Positions 51,280 through 60,987 of a DNA stretch of 64,000 nt are shown piece by piece (within the stretch, counting starts at the first letter, position 1; each line of letters starts with the position of its first letter). Source of the DNA: a virus (lineage: Duplodnaviria; Caudoviricetes); the IMG/VR virus record IMGVR_UViG_3300046526_000553, positions 79,779-143,778 of that record; one strand, given 5' to 3'. The notes beneath the pieces were generated by a model. The model saw only the letters and a program-made list of their open reading frames with translations. It was not told the DNA's origin and searched no databases. Made by a program: the position numbers and the translations under genes.

Positions 51280-51735
51280 CTACCAGTATTTTCGGTTACT
51301 GGCACAAATCAACCGATGTTACACTCCCTGATTTTGCATATTTCACAGTGTAATTTACATCTCTAACCATTTGGCTCACAGGTTATTGTGAAACGGACTC
51401 GTCGCAACGTGAAAGAAGAATTAATGTAATTCAAACTTTGCAAGGTGTAACACGACGGCGGATTATTGCGGTTGCTTTCTACAAGCCGATTGCATGTTGG
51501 CGAAATAACATGATAAACAGATAACCTAGAGATGGATGCTATATCTGAAGAAGACTAAGAGGATACAGGGAAAAGGGTGACCACACCTAACTCCCCAGCC
51601 ACCAAGTAGGCGCAGGCATGTGCCTTACCTGTACCCGATAGCATAGATTATTGACTAGGGGCTAATCAATCTCACGGGGCGTTGTACGTGTAAGGGTAGG
51701 CGCACCACCAGATTTAATAGGGGGAGATAGTGCCT
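51280..51735 (+). ncRNA. Candidate structured non-coding RNA
   Basis: ORF-free and richer in GC; several complementary pairs (TGTTACAC/GTGTAACA, CATCTCTA/TAGAGATG, AGGTTAT/ATAACCT); strand uncertain. Confidence 0.4.
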
Positions 51736-51768
51736 TGAAATATTTTATGCTTGTGCAATAATTGAACT

Positions 51769-52095
51769 ATGAGTCATCAGAAAAAGCCAAAGACAGAAGG
51801 TTATGAATGGTTAGAGTATAGCTTTACAGCTTTCAATGGTTCCGGTTATGAAGACCGCAGTAGCCCTGTAAATTTTGTCGAAAGTTATATCATCTACAAT
51901 AGATGGAAAGAAAGACATGAAGCAATAAGCTTAACCAATAAATATTACATTCCACTATTGAATCTAGCTCAGTCGCTTATTGATAATAGTTTAGGCAGTC
52001 AACGCATTCCTTCTGAAAAAAGGTGGAAAAATTTTACAGATTTCAAAAATAAATTAAAATATGTTTCAAAAAATCAAACTTTGTTTCGCGATTGA
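51769..52095 (+). CDS. Hypothetical protein
   Basis: ORF track. Confidence 0.5.
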   Translation: MSHQKKPKTEGYEWLEYSFTAFNGSGYEDRSSPVNFVESYIIYNRWKERHEAISLTNKYYIPLLNLAQSLIDNSLGSQRIPSEKRWKNFTDFKNKLKYVSKNQTLFRD

Positions 52096-52157
52096 CATAG
52101 ATTTCTAATAGTGTATGATTGATAATCATATCTTAATAATGTTATAAAAAGGTTTTC

Positions 52158-53267
52158 ATGAATATTGAAGTCAACACAGATAGCTTGCGTAAAGTACTGA
52201 ACAAATTAGTGCCTATTGCCAAGGGCAAACAAACCCTACCAATTCTCAGTTTCATAAAGATAGAAGCCAAAGATGATACTCTGGACTTTACTACCACAAA
52301 TCTGGAAGAATGGGTAGAGAAACGAATTCCAGCTACAGTCAATGAATCTGGCACCTTATGTATCAATACAAGTATCCTGAACGATTTCATAGCAGCATTG
52401 CATGTCGAAACAATCAAGCTATCTTCTGATGGTGATAACCTGATTGTAAAAGCAGAAAATGTTGAAGCTATAATCAACGGCATAGATGTCAATGACTTCC
52501 CAACTATGCCACGGGATGATGAACAGACTAATCTACTAACAATTGAATCAACCATACTCACCCACGGCATAAGCCAGGTCATCGGGGCTGTTTCCGATGA
52601 CCTCAGCCGCCTAATCATAACCGGTGTTTACCTACATAATTCAAATGGCGGATTATATCTGGTAGCCACAGACACTCATCGTTTAGCTAGACAATACCTT
52701 ATGGAGTTTAACCATGAGGAGGCTGTAAAACTATTAATCACCTCCAAAACTATGCAGTTCCTACCAAGGCTATTTGAGGATGAGAAAACCATAGCTATAT
52801 CATTCACTGATAGTCTCGTCATATTCAAAAGCGAGCATACCTCATTGATTAGCCGATTGATAGAAGGTGCTTATCCGAATTATGAAGCCCTGCTTCCGAC
52901 CTCATTCAAAACGCAAATCAACGTAGATAAGGCGAGCTTAGAGAATGCCCTAAGTGCAGCCACCATCTTCTCCAAGACAATTGCAGACAGCGCCATATTA
53001 ATATTTTCTGAAAACGACCAGTTATTGACAGTTGAAGGTAAGTCTAATGATGGTGTTGGGCAGGCTAAGCTATCCACAGAGATTAGAATGGAAGGCAGCC
53101 CTATTTCTATAAAACTTAACGGACGCTATGCGCTTGACGCATTAGGGCATGTTGAAAAAAATGAAATCAAAATTGGCTTGAATGATGAGCTCAGCCCGAT
53201 ACTATTCACCAGTGATTTTGATTCAGATTTCTTTAGATATATTGTGATGCCATTGAAGAAAGATTAA
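52158..53267 (+). CDS. dnaN: DNA polymerase III beta sliding clamp
   Basis: LPILS, ATDTHRLA, SRLIEGAYPNYE, terminal YIVMPLK; 369 aa. Confidence 0.95.
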   Translation: MNIEVNTDSLRKVLNKLVPIAKGKQTLPILSFIKIEAKDDTLDFTTTNLEEWVEKRIPATVNESGTLCINTSILNDFIAALHVETIKLSSDGDNLIVKAENVEAIINGIDVNDFPTMPRDDEQTNLLTIESTILTHGISQVIGAVSDDLSRLIITGVYLHNSNGGLYLVATDTHRLARQYLMEFNHEEAVKLLITSKTMQFLPRLFEDEKTIAISFTDSLVIFKSEHTSLISRLIEGAYPNYEALLPTSFKTQINVDKASLENALSAATIFSKTIADSAILIFSENDQLLTVEGKSNDGVGQAKLSTEIRMEGSPISIKLNGRYALDALGHVEKNEIKIGLNDELSPILFTSDFDSDFFRYIVMPLKKD

Positions 53268-53270
53268 CGT

Positions 53271-53519
53271 ATGTCGGCTAGTAAAATGACAACCGAAGAA
53301 TTTGTTAAAGCATGGATGGATGCTTATAGGAACAATAGGTCATTGAAACAACTAGCCGACCAATACCATGCTCACAACAGCTCTATGTCTGCCAGAGCCG
53401 GAAGATTACGGCAAAGAGGTGTTAACCTTCCAAAACTACGGCACGCTAACAAAGGTAATAAATTTGCTATACGATATGATATCGAAGGATTGAAAAAGTT
53501 AACAGAAGAACAGTCTTGA
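53271..53519 (+). CDS. Small HTH-like protein
   Basis: EEFVKAW...LA...RAGRLRQRGVNLPKL. Confidence 0.6.
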   Translation: MSASKMTTEEFVKAWMDAYRNNRSLKQLADQYHAHNSSMSARAGRLRQRGVNLPKLRHANKGNKFAIRYDIEGLKKLTEEQS

Positions 53520-53582
53520 CAAACTTATAACGCTCGTGTATTCTTGTAAGACCTTTACTAATTAACTGAAAGGCTGACGAAC

Positions 53583-53852
53583 GTGAAAAAGATAGATGAT
53601 GTCTCGAAACCCTTCACAGATATTACTATGAGTAGAGAGACAAATACTAAAAATGTTCCTTCACCTGTGACGGACGGCTTTAAGACATTCATACGCATTA
53701 TCGATGCTAATGTCTTGCCCATTTTAGCTTGGGTAGTATTAGTAGGTTTGGCAGTTAGAGGAGCTATGAACTACTTTGCGAATATGACTCCACAAATACA
53801 AGTGATAGCAGCTATTGCTATCGTTGCTTTCTTGGCATTCAAATTGCGTTAA
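53583..53852 (+). CDS. 2-TM membrane protein
   Basis: Boxed promoter at 53516-53544. Confidence 0.6.
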   Translation: MKKIDDVSKPFTDITMSRETNTKNVPSPVTDGFKTFIRIIDANVLPILAWVVLVGLAVRGAMNYFANMTPQIQVIAAIAIVAFLAFKLR

Positions 53853-53927
53853 TTATAAATATGTTACAATAAAACTAATAAGAGGAGATAATGTAGCAGG
53901 CTATCGACTGTCACTTGGCTACTGACG

Positions 53928-54692
53928 ATGATACGTAATTATTTTAAGCTCATAACACTAACAGCAATAGTAAGCTTTCCATTCATACACACAGCAAATT
54001 CAGCGACACCGAATCAAAACATAAAATATATCAATTCGTCTCAATATATCCGTCCCCAATATGTACATCATCATGAGGCTTATTCAAGCCAGCATACAAC
54101 AACCAGTTTTTCCACAGGACAACCGGGGTCTATTTCAATTGGTGAAAAAAATGTAGCAGACAAACATAAACCACCCACATTACATATCTCGAAGCCTGTT
54201 GAATCTTCGTTAGAAATATCTAAAGTTGAGGTGAAAGTTGATACCCCGATTAAACCTGCGTTTGACGTGGACAAACCGGAGACATGGCCTAAATGCACAC
54301 AGCATACAGATATCGTTTGGGCAAGTGATGGAAAATGCCATCACTTATATCACCGTTATAGAACCATAGCAGCCACTTCAGCGCCAGAGCCCGCTTCTGC
54401 TCTTCCCGTTACCCCGAGTAATCATGAACGACTGATGGCATCGGCTGGTATTGCTACTGTGGATTATGGATATGTTGAATGGACTATAAATATGGAGTCA
54501 AGCTGGAACCCCTATGCCCGTGAACCTACTACAGGTGCATGTAATCTCGGGCAAGAAAACCCATGTGGTAAATCTGGTTGCACTCTAATAGATTCAGTAT
54601 GTGAATTGCGTTGGGTAAACGGCTATGTCTTAGGACGTTATGGTTCATGGGCTAATGAAGTAACCTACCATAAATTACACGGGTATTATTAG
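53928..54692 (+). CDS. Secreted lytic transglycosylase (Apf/Rpf-like C-terminal domain)
   Basis: Signal peptide; MESSWNPYA..PTTGACNLGQ...ELRWVNGYVLGRYGSW...GYY. Confidence 0.8.
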   Translation: MIRNYFKLITLTAIVSFPFIHTANSATPNQNIKYINSSQYIRPQYVHHHEAYSSQHTTTSFSTGQPGSISIGEKNVADKHKPPTLHISKPVESSLEISKVEVKVDTPIKPAFDVDKPETWPKCTQHTDIVWASDGKCHHLYHRYRTIAATSAPEPASALPVTPSNHERLMASAGIATVDYGYVEWTINMESSWNPYAREPTTGACNLGQENPCGKSGCTLIDSVCELRWVNGYVLGRYGSWANEVTYHKLHGYY

Positions 54693-54948
54693 TACACGGG
54701 TATTATTAGAAGGAGAAGAAAATGAAAGAAATTAAATTTGAGCTATATTTTGAATTCCAACCGATTAAGGGTACAATAATGCACAATGGAAAAGTGTATT
54801 ATAAACGGATGCAACAATATCCGATTAAAAATTAATTCTCTTAGTTAAGCAGCGTAAAATTTGGAAGCACGTTCCTGATATTGATATTGACAATCAGAAT
54901 GTGCTCGTGTAGAATTTAAATTACTAATATCATAGAAAGGATTTATTC

Positions 54949-55362
54949 ATGGCAAAGCACACGACAGATATTGCAAGACACGGGGACATTTCACTACACC
55001 CTGTTTCTAATATACCCAAAGATGCGAAGTTGATAGAAGGTGGCAAAGATTATCAGAATGGTAATTTTATATTAGCTCGGGGAGAAACTACAAATCACTT
55101 TCACAAACTTTTATCGGGTAAAAGTCAAATTGATTCTACTGACCCAACTATCGAAGCTATGTTTACTAATGGTAAATTTAAGATTTATGAAACCGAAGAT
55201 GGCGTTCGTTATGTCGAGGTACTTAGCCCCACACCACTAGTACATGAGGAACATAGGAGCATAGTTATTCCTGCGGGTATCTACGAACAAAAGGCTGAAA
55301 TCGAAGAGGACCCTTTCTCTGAAGCAGCTGCGCAGGAACGTATTCGCACCGTACTTGACTGA
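54949..55362 (+). CDS. Small His-rich partner protein, paralog of 29653-29994
   Basis: RHGDI...GETTNHFH...HEEH..I.IPAGIY...EEDP. Confidence 0.75.
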   Translation: MAKHTTDIARHGDISLHPVSNIPKDAKLIEGGKDYQNGNFILARGETTNHFHKLLSGKSQIDSTDPTIEAMFTNGKFKIYETEDGVRYVEVLSPTPLVHEEHRSIVIPAGIYEQKAEIEEDPFSEAAAQERIRTVLD

Positions 55363-55377
55363 TTATAATGGAGGTAT

Positions 55378-56883
55378 GTGTTGAAAAATCCTTTCTCTTT
55401 TTTCTCATCAGATAAGAATAGCGATGATATTGATAACTTGCTGAAGCGTGCATCTCAGCAGGATACACCACCCCGAGGCTATCTAGGAAGCATATACGGT
55501 ATAGATGTGAATAATACCCTCTCATCTTCAGGGTTTAATACTGTTTCAAACCAAACAACCACATTTACTACTGAAACATTCGAACAAATGCTCAAAAATC
55601 AAGTAACATCAGATTTAAATAGGGAGTTGAACGTGAAGAGTATTGACACTGAGGATATAAGAGAAGAATTTGTAAAAGAAATCCTAACTATACCTGCTGA
55701 TATGGATTTTGACGCTAATCGACAGAGAGCTGAAAAGGCTATCAGAGAACTGTATACCATGTTTGGTCTTCCTATCCCAACAATGATGTGGTTTGATAGC
55801 CCTTACGATGCATTGCACTGTGATTTGGTTAAGAAATCAAATAAATATCTGCCATATAGTTTTGCATTCAGGCATTTTAACTCCAAAGTTTTCAGCTATA
55901 ACAGAGATTCCAGTCGGTTTGGCAAACAAAGAAAGCATGAGACACAAATATTAAGAGTAGCAGGCATGGTTGAGAAAAGTTACGCTAAATATAAAGTCAA
56001 ATCACGATGGAGCGACAACTCACAGCTCAATAATATGGCGATAGCTTGTCTTAAATATGGCGATACATGGCATGGTTCACGAAGCTATGGTGAAGAAAAT
56101 GATTGGGAAAAGATAGATGCTATACTTCAAGAACTTGCCATAACTACTACGGGCTTTATGCTCACGGCAAAAGAAGCTATATTAATACATCGTCCTACCA
56201 GAATAGCTCTTAACGATTTAGGCGTATTGGATTATAGCGATGGTATGGCTGTCGAATGGCGTGATGGCAAAGGTTTACATGCACTCAAGGGAGTCTACTT
56301 TCCCTTAGATGATATTTATAATCGAATAGTGTCTCATAAACTTACCACCGGTGAAGCTTTAGGTCTTGTTGATGTTGACCAGAGAAGAGTGTCTATTGGA
56401 TTTCTCAGCCCTAAAGCGATGATTGAGGCTATGAAAGCTGAGCTAACTGATGAAGGAGTTAAAAGACATTACAAATATTATGGTCGTCGGATTGAGCGGA
56501 TTGACAAGAAACGTATTGCAGATATAACCATCAGCAATAAATTATATAGAACCAAATTTTTTAACGATGTTAGAAACAATAATAGATTCATACCTCAATG
56601 GCCGGATACCTCCCTCAGAATCTCTAATACCTCAATGAATCATGATGATTTTTTTACCAATTCACTATTTGGAAGAGGTGACAAAAAAGCTAACCCCCTA
56701 TATAAAAAAGATACGGTAAATTATCGTTGGTTCCTACACTATACCGACCCTTCAACTGGCGAAGATTACATTTCATTTGTTACACCAGCAGTAGAGAAGG
56801 TGGGTGTTGACGCTGATGCTTGCATGGCGTTCAAACACCACATGTCTAAGGAAGAATATTTAAATCTCTATTTGGAAGCTTAA
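55378..56883 (+). CDS. DUF6745-like protein
   Basis: RPTRI..ND.G.LD.SDGMAVEWRDG...HALKGV...DVDQRR; DPSTG. Confidence 0.7.
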   Translation: MLKNPFSFFSSDKNSDDIDNLLKRASQQDTPPRGYLGSIYGIDVNNTLSSSGFNTVSNQTTTFTTETFEQMLKNQVTSDLNRELNVKSIDTEDIREEFVKEILTIPADMDFDANRQRAEKAIRELYTMFGLPIPTMMWFDSPYDALHCDLVKKSNKYLPYSFAFRHFNSKVFSYNRDSSRFGKQRKHETQILRVAGMVEKSYAKYKVKSRWSDNSQLNNMAIACLKYGDTWHGSRSYGEENDWEKIDAILQELAITTTGFMLTAKEAILIHRPTRIALNDLGVLDYSDGMAVEWRDGKGLHALKGVYFPLDDIYNRIVSHKLTTGEALGLVDVDQRRVSIGFLSPKAMIEAMKAELTDEGVKRHYKYYGRRIERIDKKRIADITISNKLYRTKFFNDVRNNNRFIPQWPDTSLRISNTSMNHDDFFTNSLFGRGDKKANPLYKKDTVNYRWFLHYTDPSTGEDYISFVTPAVEKVGVDADACMAFKHHMSKEEYLNLYLEA

Positions 56884-56899
56884 ATCTAGGGTTACTTAC

Positions 56900-57679
56900 A
56901 TGAGACTATTCGGCAAAGAAATACTAGCCAGGAAACACGAAACCAAAGAGCTATATGATTTCGCTGCTTATGGTCTTTTACGTGAGCATAATTACATTGG
57001 TACTGCTGACTTAGATTTACAAGCTATCAGTGGTGATGATGATATCACTGATAGATATTTAACCAATGTTAAAAAGAATAATAAGATAGCTAAAGCAGGA
57101 ATCCCAAAATCTCCCAAAGAAGTTTACGAGTTGGAATCATTAAATGATGCTACCTATATTATTTGCTGTGACCCAACCTATATAGAAAAACACATTAAAT
57201 CTCTGCTGAAGAAAAGAGACCTGCTACCTAAAAACGAATCTCATAAAACAGGTTGGGGCGTAACTTTTTCTACTGGTGGAGCTATCCATGGCAGGGAAGA
57301 GGTTGAGTCAATGGTTGAACGGCTGAAGAATCGCTACAAATATAAAGAACATAAAGAATTCTTTGAACAATATGCTTATACAACTAGTGCATTAATTAAT
57401 GATGTCCTTAAAGCTCATACTAATCTTCGAGCCAAACGAGTTGAGGATTTCATCCCTGACTTACCAGATGAAGCCGTTGAAGTTATGGAAACTTATACTT
57501 CCGTAGTAAAAGAACTCTGCGGGAAGAAGCCAGTGTATTATATAATCGGAGATAAAGAAGATTTTGGTGAAATGGATAAGAAGCGCGACCCAATCCTATT
57601 AGTGCAATCACCGTTCAGTTTAGCATGGCAGATTTTAGGCGCATGGGATGATACTATGGTCTACCTAGGAGATTTATAA
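56900..57679 (+). CDS. Hypothetical phage protein
   Basis: C-terminal DPILLVQSPF..WQILGAWD. Confidence 0.75.
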   Translation: MRLFGKEILARKHETKELYDFAAYGLLREHNYIGTADLDLQAISGDDDITDRYLTNVKKNNKIAKAGIPKSPKEVYELESLNDATYIICCDPTYIEKHIKSLLKKRDLLPKNESHKTGWGVTFSTGGAIHGREEVESMVERLKNRYKYKEHKEFFEQYAYTTSALINDVLKAHTNLRAKRVEDFIPDLPDEAVEVMETYTSVVKELCGKKPVYYIIGDKEDFGEMDKKRDPILLVQSPFSLAWQILGAWDDTMVYLGDL

Positions 57680-57934
57680 ATGAGGATAAACATACCTGCA
57701 ATAGTAATTATTCTCATAGTTATCTTATTGTTACTGATGATATAATCCGCAGTGGAGGAATATAACATGGCAGAATTACCCAAGGTTACTAAAAAACAAA
57801 TCGTAGAAAACAAACATTGGATTGGCGGAGGAGCAGCGGTTGCATTTGCTGGAATGCTTATCTTTTTGGGGCTGAAGAGACACAGAAAGAATAAGAAAGC
57901 TGACAAATAAGTTAGTAGCAGCTACAATTAGTGG

Positions 57935-58321
57935 GTGAGCTCACTTCATTTGGTCATACAGGGAAATTTACAATCGAAAGCTAACAGCAGACGAGCCATA
58001 TCAATCAGAAGTAAGACTACTGGCAGACATCAATCACGGTTTATTAAAAGCAAAGCTGCGTTAGATTATCAGGAAGATGCTTTATGGCAACTTGCACCTC
58101 AATTGAGGGGGCACAAGCCCTTTAGCGGTGATGTTGGCTTGCGGGTAACTGTTTATTATAGAAGCAAGCGTAATGACCTTGACATATCTCTTTTGATGGA
58201 TATACTTGAAAAAGCAGGTATAATACTTAACGATAGATTGGTGCGGGAATTTTATGCTCGTAAAGAATGGGACAAAATTAACCCAAGATTAGATGTAGTT
58301 ATTTATGAAGTGCCAAATTGA
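57935..58321 (+). CDS. rusA: RusA-like Holliday junction resolvase
   Basis: SKANSRR...DLD...LMDILEKAGIILNDRLV...D..NPR. Confidence 0.8.
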   Translation: MSSLHLVIQGNLQSKANSRRAISIRSKTTGRHQSRFIKSKAALDYQEDALWQLAPQLRGHKPFSGDVGLRVTVYYRSKRNDLDISLLMDILEKAGIILNDRLVREFYARKEWDKINPRLDVVIYEVPN

Positions 58322-58928
58322 AGATTGTAATAAAATTAAATGGGCAAAAGGTTATTGTAATATGCATTATTGGAGGCTCAGAAATCTTGGTAGCCCCCAT
58401 GCTAAGACTATATTTACAAAAAATGAAATAGTTATCAAAAAAAATTATGCAGAAATTATACTTACTGACAAGAAATTTATAGAAGTGGCTCGTTCTAAAA
58501 TAGATATCAGAGATATACCATTGGTAAGTAAATACAAATGGAGGATTAGCCATCTCGGTTATATTAATCGTACAAATTATCAAAATGGGGCGAAACACTC
58601 CCAAACTTTAGGGGAATTATTAATCGGCAAAGCACCACATCCACTGGTTATTGACCATAAAAATCGCAATCCACTCGATAACAGGAAACAAAATCTTCGA
58701 TTCGCAACCAAAAGTAATAACGGTGCTAACAGAAAAAATAGAGGCAAAACCTCTAAATATAAAGGAGTACGTTTATATAGGGACAGGGTTAGATGGGTTG
58801 CCTATGCTGGCTACTTTGGCGTTAACATTTATTTGGGCATCTTCTCTTCAGAATTAAAAGCAGCAAGAGCGTATGATGAAATGGCTGTTCAACTACATGG
58901 AGAATATGCTTATCAAAATTTTGGATAA
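58305..58928 (+). CDS. HNH-AP2 homing endonuclease
   Basis: IDHKNRNPLDNRKQNLR, SKYKGV, AARAYD. Confidence 0.9.
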   Translation: MKCQIEDCNKIKWAKGYCNMHYWRLRNLGSPHAKTIFTKNEIVIKKNYAEIILTDKKFIEVARSKIDIRDIPLVSKYKWRISHLGYINRTNYQNGAKHSQTLGELLIGKAPHPLVIDHKNRNPLDNRKQNLRFATKSNNGANRKNRGKTSKYKGVRLYRDRVRWVAYAGYFGVNIYLGIFSSELKAARAYDEMAVQLHGEYAYQNFG

Positions 58929-59058
58929 TTCCATATTGAAACCTGAAGATTTTGAAATATCGGAGTAGTAAAGTCCAGTCGTTACCTCTTGCAATTTTTG
59001 GTGTCTGTGTATATAATAGCTACCATGCTATTTAACATTACAAATTTCGAGGTACTTT

Positions 59059-59295
59059 ATGGCTGATAACACAGATAAAACAAGCAATGATTCACGGACA
59101 CACGGACAAAAAATCAGAGATAGTCTGATTAAACAATACGGCAAAGACTATTACTCCAACCTAGGTAAAATCGGTGGCAAAAAATCTGATAACAGACCAT
59201 TCAGGGATAATCCCGGCGCAGCAAAAAGGGCTGTGAATGAGAGATGGAGACGGTATCGTGAAGCCAAAGCAGCTGAAGCTAATAGTAAAAAATAA
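59059..59295 (+). CDS. Second KGG-type small protein
   Basis: YGKDYYSNLGKIGGKKS. Confidence 0.65.
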   Translation: MADNTDKTSNDSRTHGQKIRDSLIKQYGKDYYSNLGKIGGKKSDNRPFRDNPGAAKRAVNERWRRYREAKAAEANSKK

Positions 59296-59330
59296 GTTGA
59301 CTTTATATTTCGTTGGTGTACCATTGATGC

Positions 59331-59792
59331 ATGGATAATGAAACAGAAGATATTATACCAAGACAACTTGTTAATCTTATCGCAATAAAAGGAATCGTTT
59401 CCACAATCCGTATCGATGGTGAGAATGCGGTGATGGCAGAATGGGCGAATGAGAATATAGCCGATTTCAAAAAGGCTCAGAAGCTGATAGCTGAAGCCGA
59501 AAGTATTTTAAAGCAACACATAATAGAAACATTGAAGCCATTTAACGTTAGAAAAATTACCGGAGAGTATTGTACGATATCATTAACTAAACCTCGTCAA
59601 TTAGCATCCAAATATAAGATTGATGCTAAGCATAAAGATGAAGTCAAAGATTTCATGAAAGAACAGATTGTATTTATTCTTGATGATGAGAAGATTGAGG
59701 CATATAAAAAACAGAATGGTTATTTACCAAACTGGATTAGTGAAAGTATTCCCGGTGAAGGTGGTTTATCGATTCGGGTAAAGGATAAATAG
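59331..59792 (+). CDS. Recombination-module accessory protein (Gp157/Gam-like)
   Basis: LDDEKIEAYKK..G.LP...LSIR tail; lies ahead of the exonuclease and RecT. Confidence 0.5.
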   Translation: MDNETEDIIPRQLVNLIAIKGIVSTIRIDGENAVMAEWANENIADFKKAQKLIAEAESILKQHIIETLKPFNVRKITGEYCTISLTKPRQLASKYKIDAKHKDEVKDFMKEQIVFILDDEKIEAYKKQNGYLPNWISESIPGEGGLSIRVKDK

Positions 59793-59795
59793 AAG

Positions 59796-60449
59796 ATGCG
59801 CATTAGCTATTCGTCAGCGAAAGCATATTGGGACGGCAGGGTTGATGATTGCTTGCGTATAATGACACACCAAGAAACTGCCCTGCCAATTATTACTGAG
59901 CTTGAACTAAAAAAAGTAAGAGGTATGGCTATGGGTAACGGGTATCATTCCGCATGGGAGCTTGAATCAAAACTTACCGGCAAACTCCCGGTAATATTTA
60001 AAGTACCAATTGAACTCAATGTAGTAGCAACTGAGTTAAAACTAAACAAGGAATTAATGAATGGCGATACACTTTCGGGAGTCATTGATGCGGTTTTGAT
60101 AAATCCAGATATACCGATGGTGGTTTTAGCGGATTATAAATCGAGTCTATCGTATGACCCAAGACAAGCTGAAACCTATCAGTATTTGGTGTATAATAAC
60201 CCACAATGGATTGAAGCTGTTGGTGATTTCAATCCAACGCATGCAATGTATTTATGCTTGAATAAGAAGACCGGTGAAGTCGAAAATTCATTGATACAAT
60301 TGTCATACCCTAAGACTGAAGAAGACTGGGAACTACCGTCTAGCACCACATACACCAGAGGTGGCAACTGGATTCTGACAATAATAAATGAACTGAGAAA
60401 TGACGAACGAGCAATGGAATATCTAAAAGAACAAGGAATTGAAGTATGA
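59796..60449 (+). CDS. PD-(D/E)XK exonuclease (RecB/Cas4-like), RecT partner
   Basis: ISYSS, MGNGYH, E, LSGVIDAV, DYKS, Q..TY. Confidence 0.75.
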   Translation: MRISYSSAKAYWDGRVDDCLRIMTHQETALPIITELELKKVRGMAMGNGYHSAWELESKLTGKLPVIFKVPIELNVVATELKLNKELMNGDTLSGVIDAVLINPDIPMVVLADYKSSLSYDPRQAETYQYLVYNNPQWIEAVGDFNPTHAMYLCLNKKTGEVENSLIQLSYPKTEEDWELPSSTTYTRGGNWILTIINELRNDERAMEYLKEQGIEV

Positions 60450-60985
60450 TGAAAGATATTGCTGGTTTTGAAGGGAAATATGCCGTCACAGAAGATGGAA
60501 AGGTTTGGAGCTACCCTAAAGAGTGGAGTGGTGGTCGTTCTAACAATGCAATATCAAAACACCAAGGTAAATGGCTCGCTCAAAGAAAAGGGAAGGATAG
60601 CGGGGCATATTATAGTGTTTCATTATGCAAATCTGGTAAGCCTAAATCTTATTACGTGCACATATTAGTGGCTAAAATATATATACCCAATCCATCAAGC
60701 TTACCCGAAGTGAATCATAAAGATGGCAACCGTTTAAATAATAATCATTCTAACCTTGAGTGGTGTACAAGAGCACAAAACCTGAAACATGCATTTGATA
60801 TAGGTCTCAATAAGAACTTTGGAGAAACGCATTATAGAAGTGCGTTAACTTGGGATAAGGTTAAAGAAATTAGAGATAAATATATACCACACCTCTATAC
60901 TATGGATAAACTTGCAGAAGAATATGGAGTGAGTAAGGGGTCGATTCAAAAAATATTGGAGAATAGAACCTGGAAGGGAAGATAA
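60446..60985 (+). CDS. NUMOD4-HNH homing endonuclease
   Basis: KDIAGFEGKYAVTEDGKVWS; VHILVA...EVNHKDGNRLNN...NLEWCT..QN..HA. Confidence 0.92.
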   Translation: MMKDIAGFEGKYAVTEDGKVWSYPKEWSGGRSNNAISKHQGKWLAQRKGKDSGAYYSVSLCKSGKPKSYYVHILVAKIYIPNPSSLPEVNHKDGNRLNNNHSNLEWCTRAQNLKHAFDIGLNKNFGETHYRSALTWDKVKEIRDKYIPHLYTMDKLAEEYGVSKGSIQKILENRTWKGR

Positions 60986-60987
60986 CC

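Noticed and set aside
54677-54708. Short tandem duplication (TACACGGGTATTATTAG) at the transglycosylase stop; also GTTGCCACCTCT x2 near 19439
   Set aside because: Two copies only; simple slippage explains them
59796-60449. Cas4 as part of a CRISPR adaptation module
   Set aside because: Lacks the Fe-S cysteines and sits in the exonuclease-RecT recombination module
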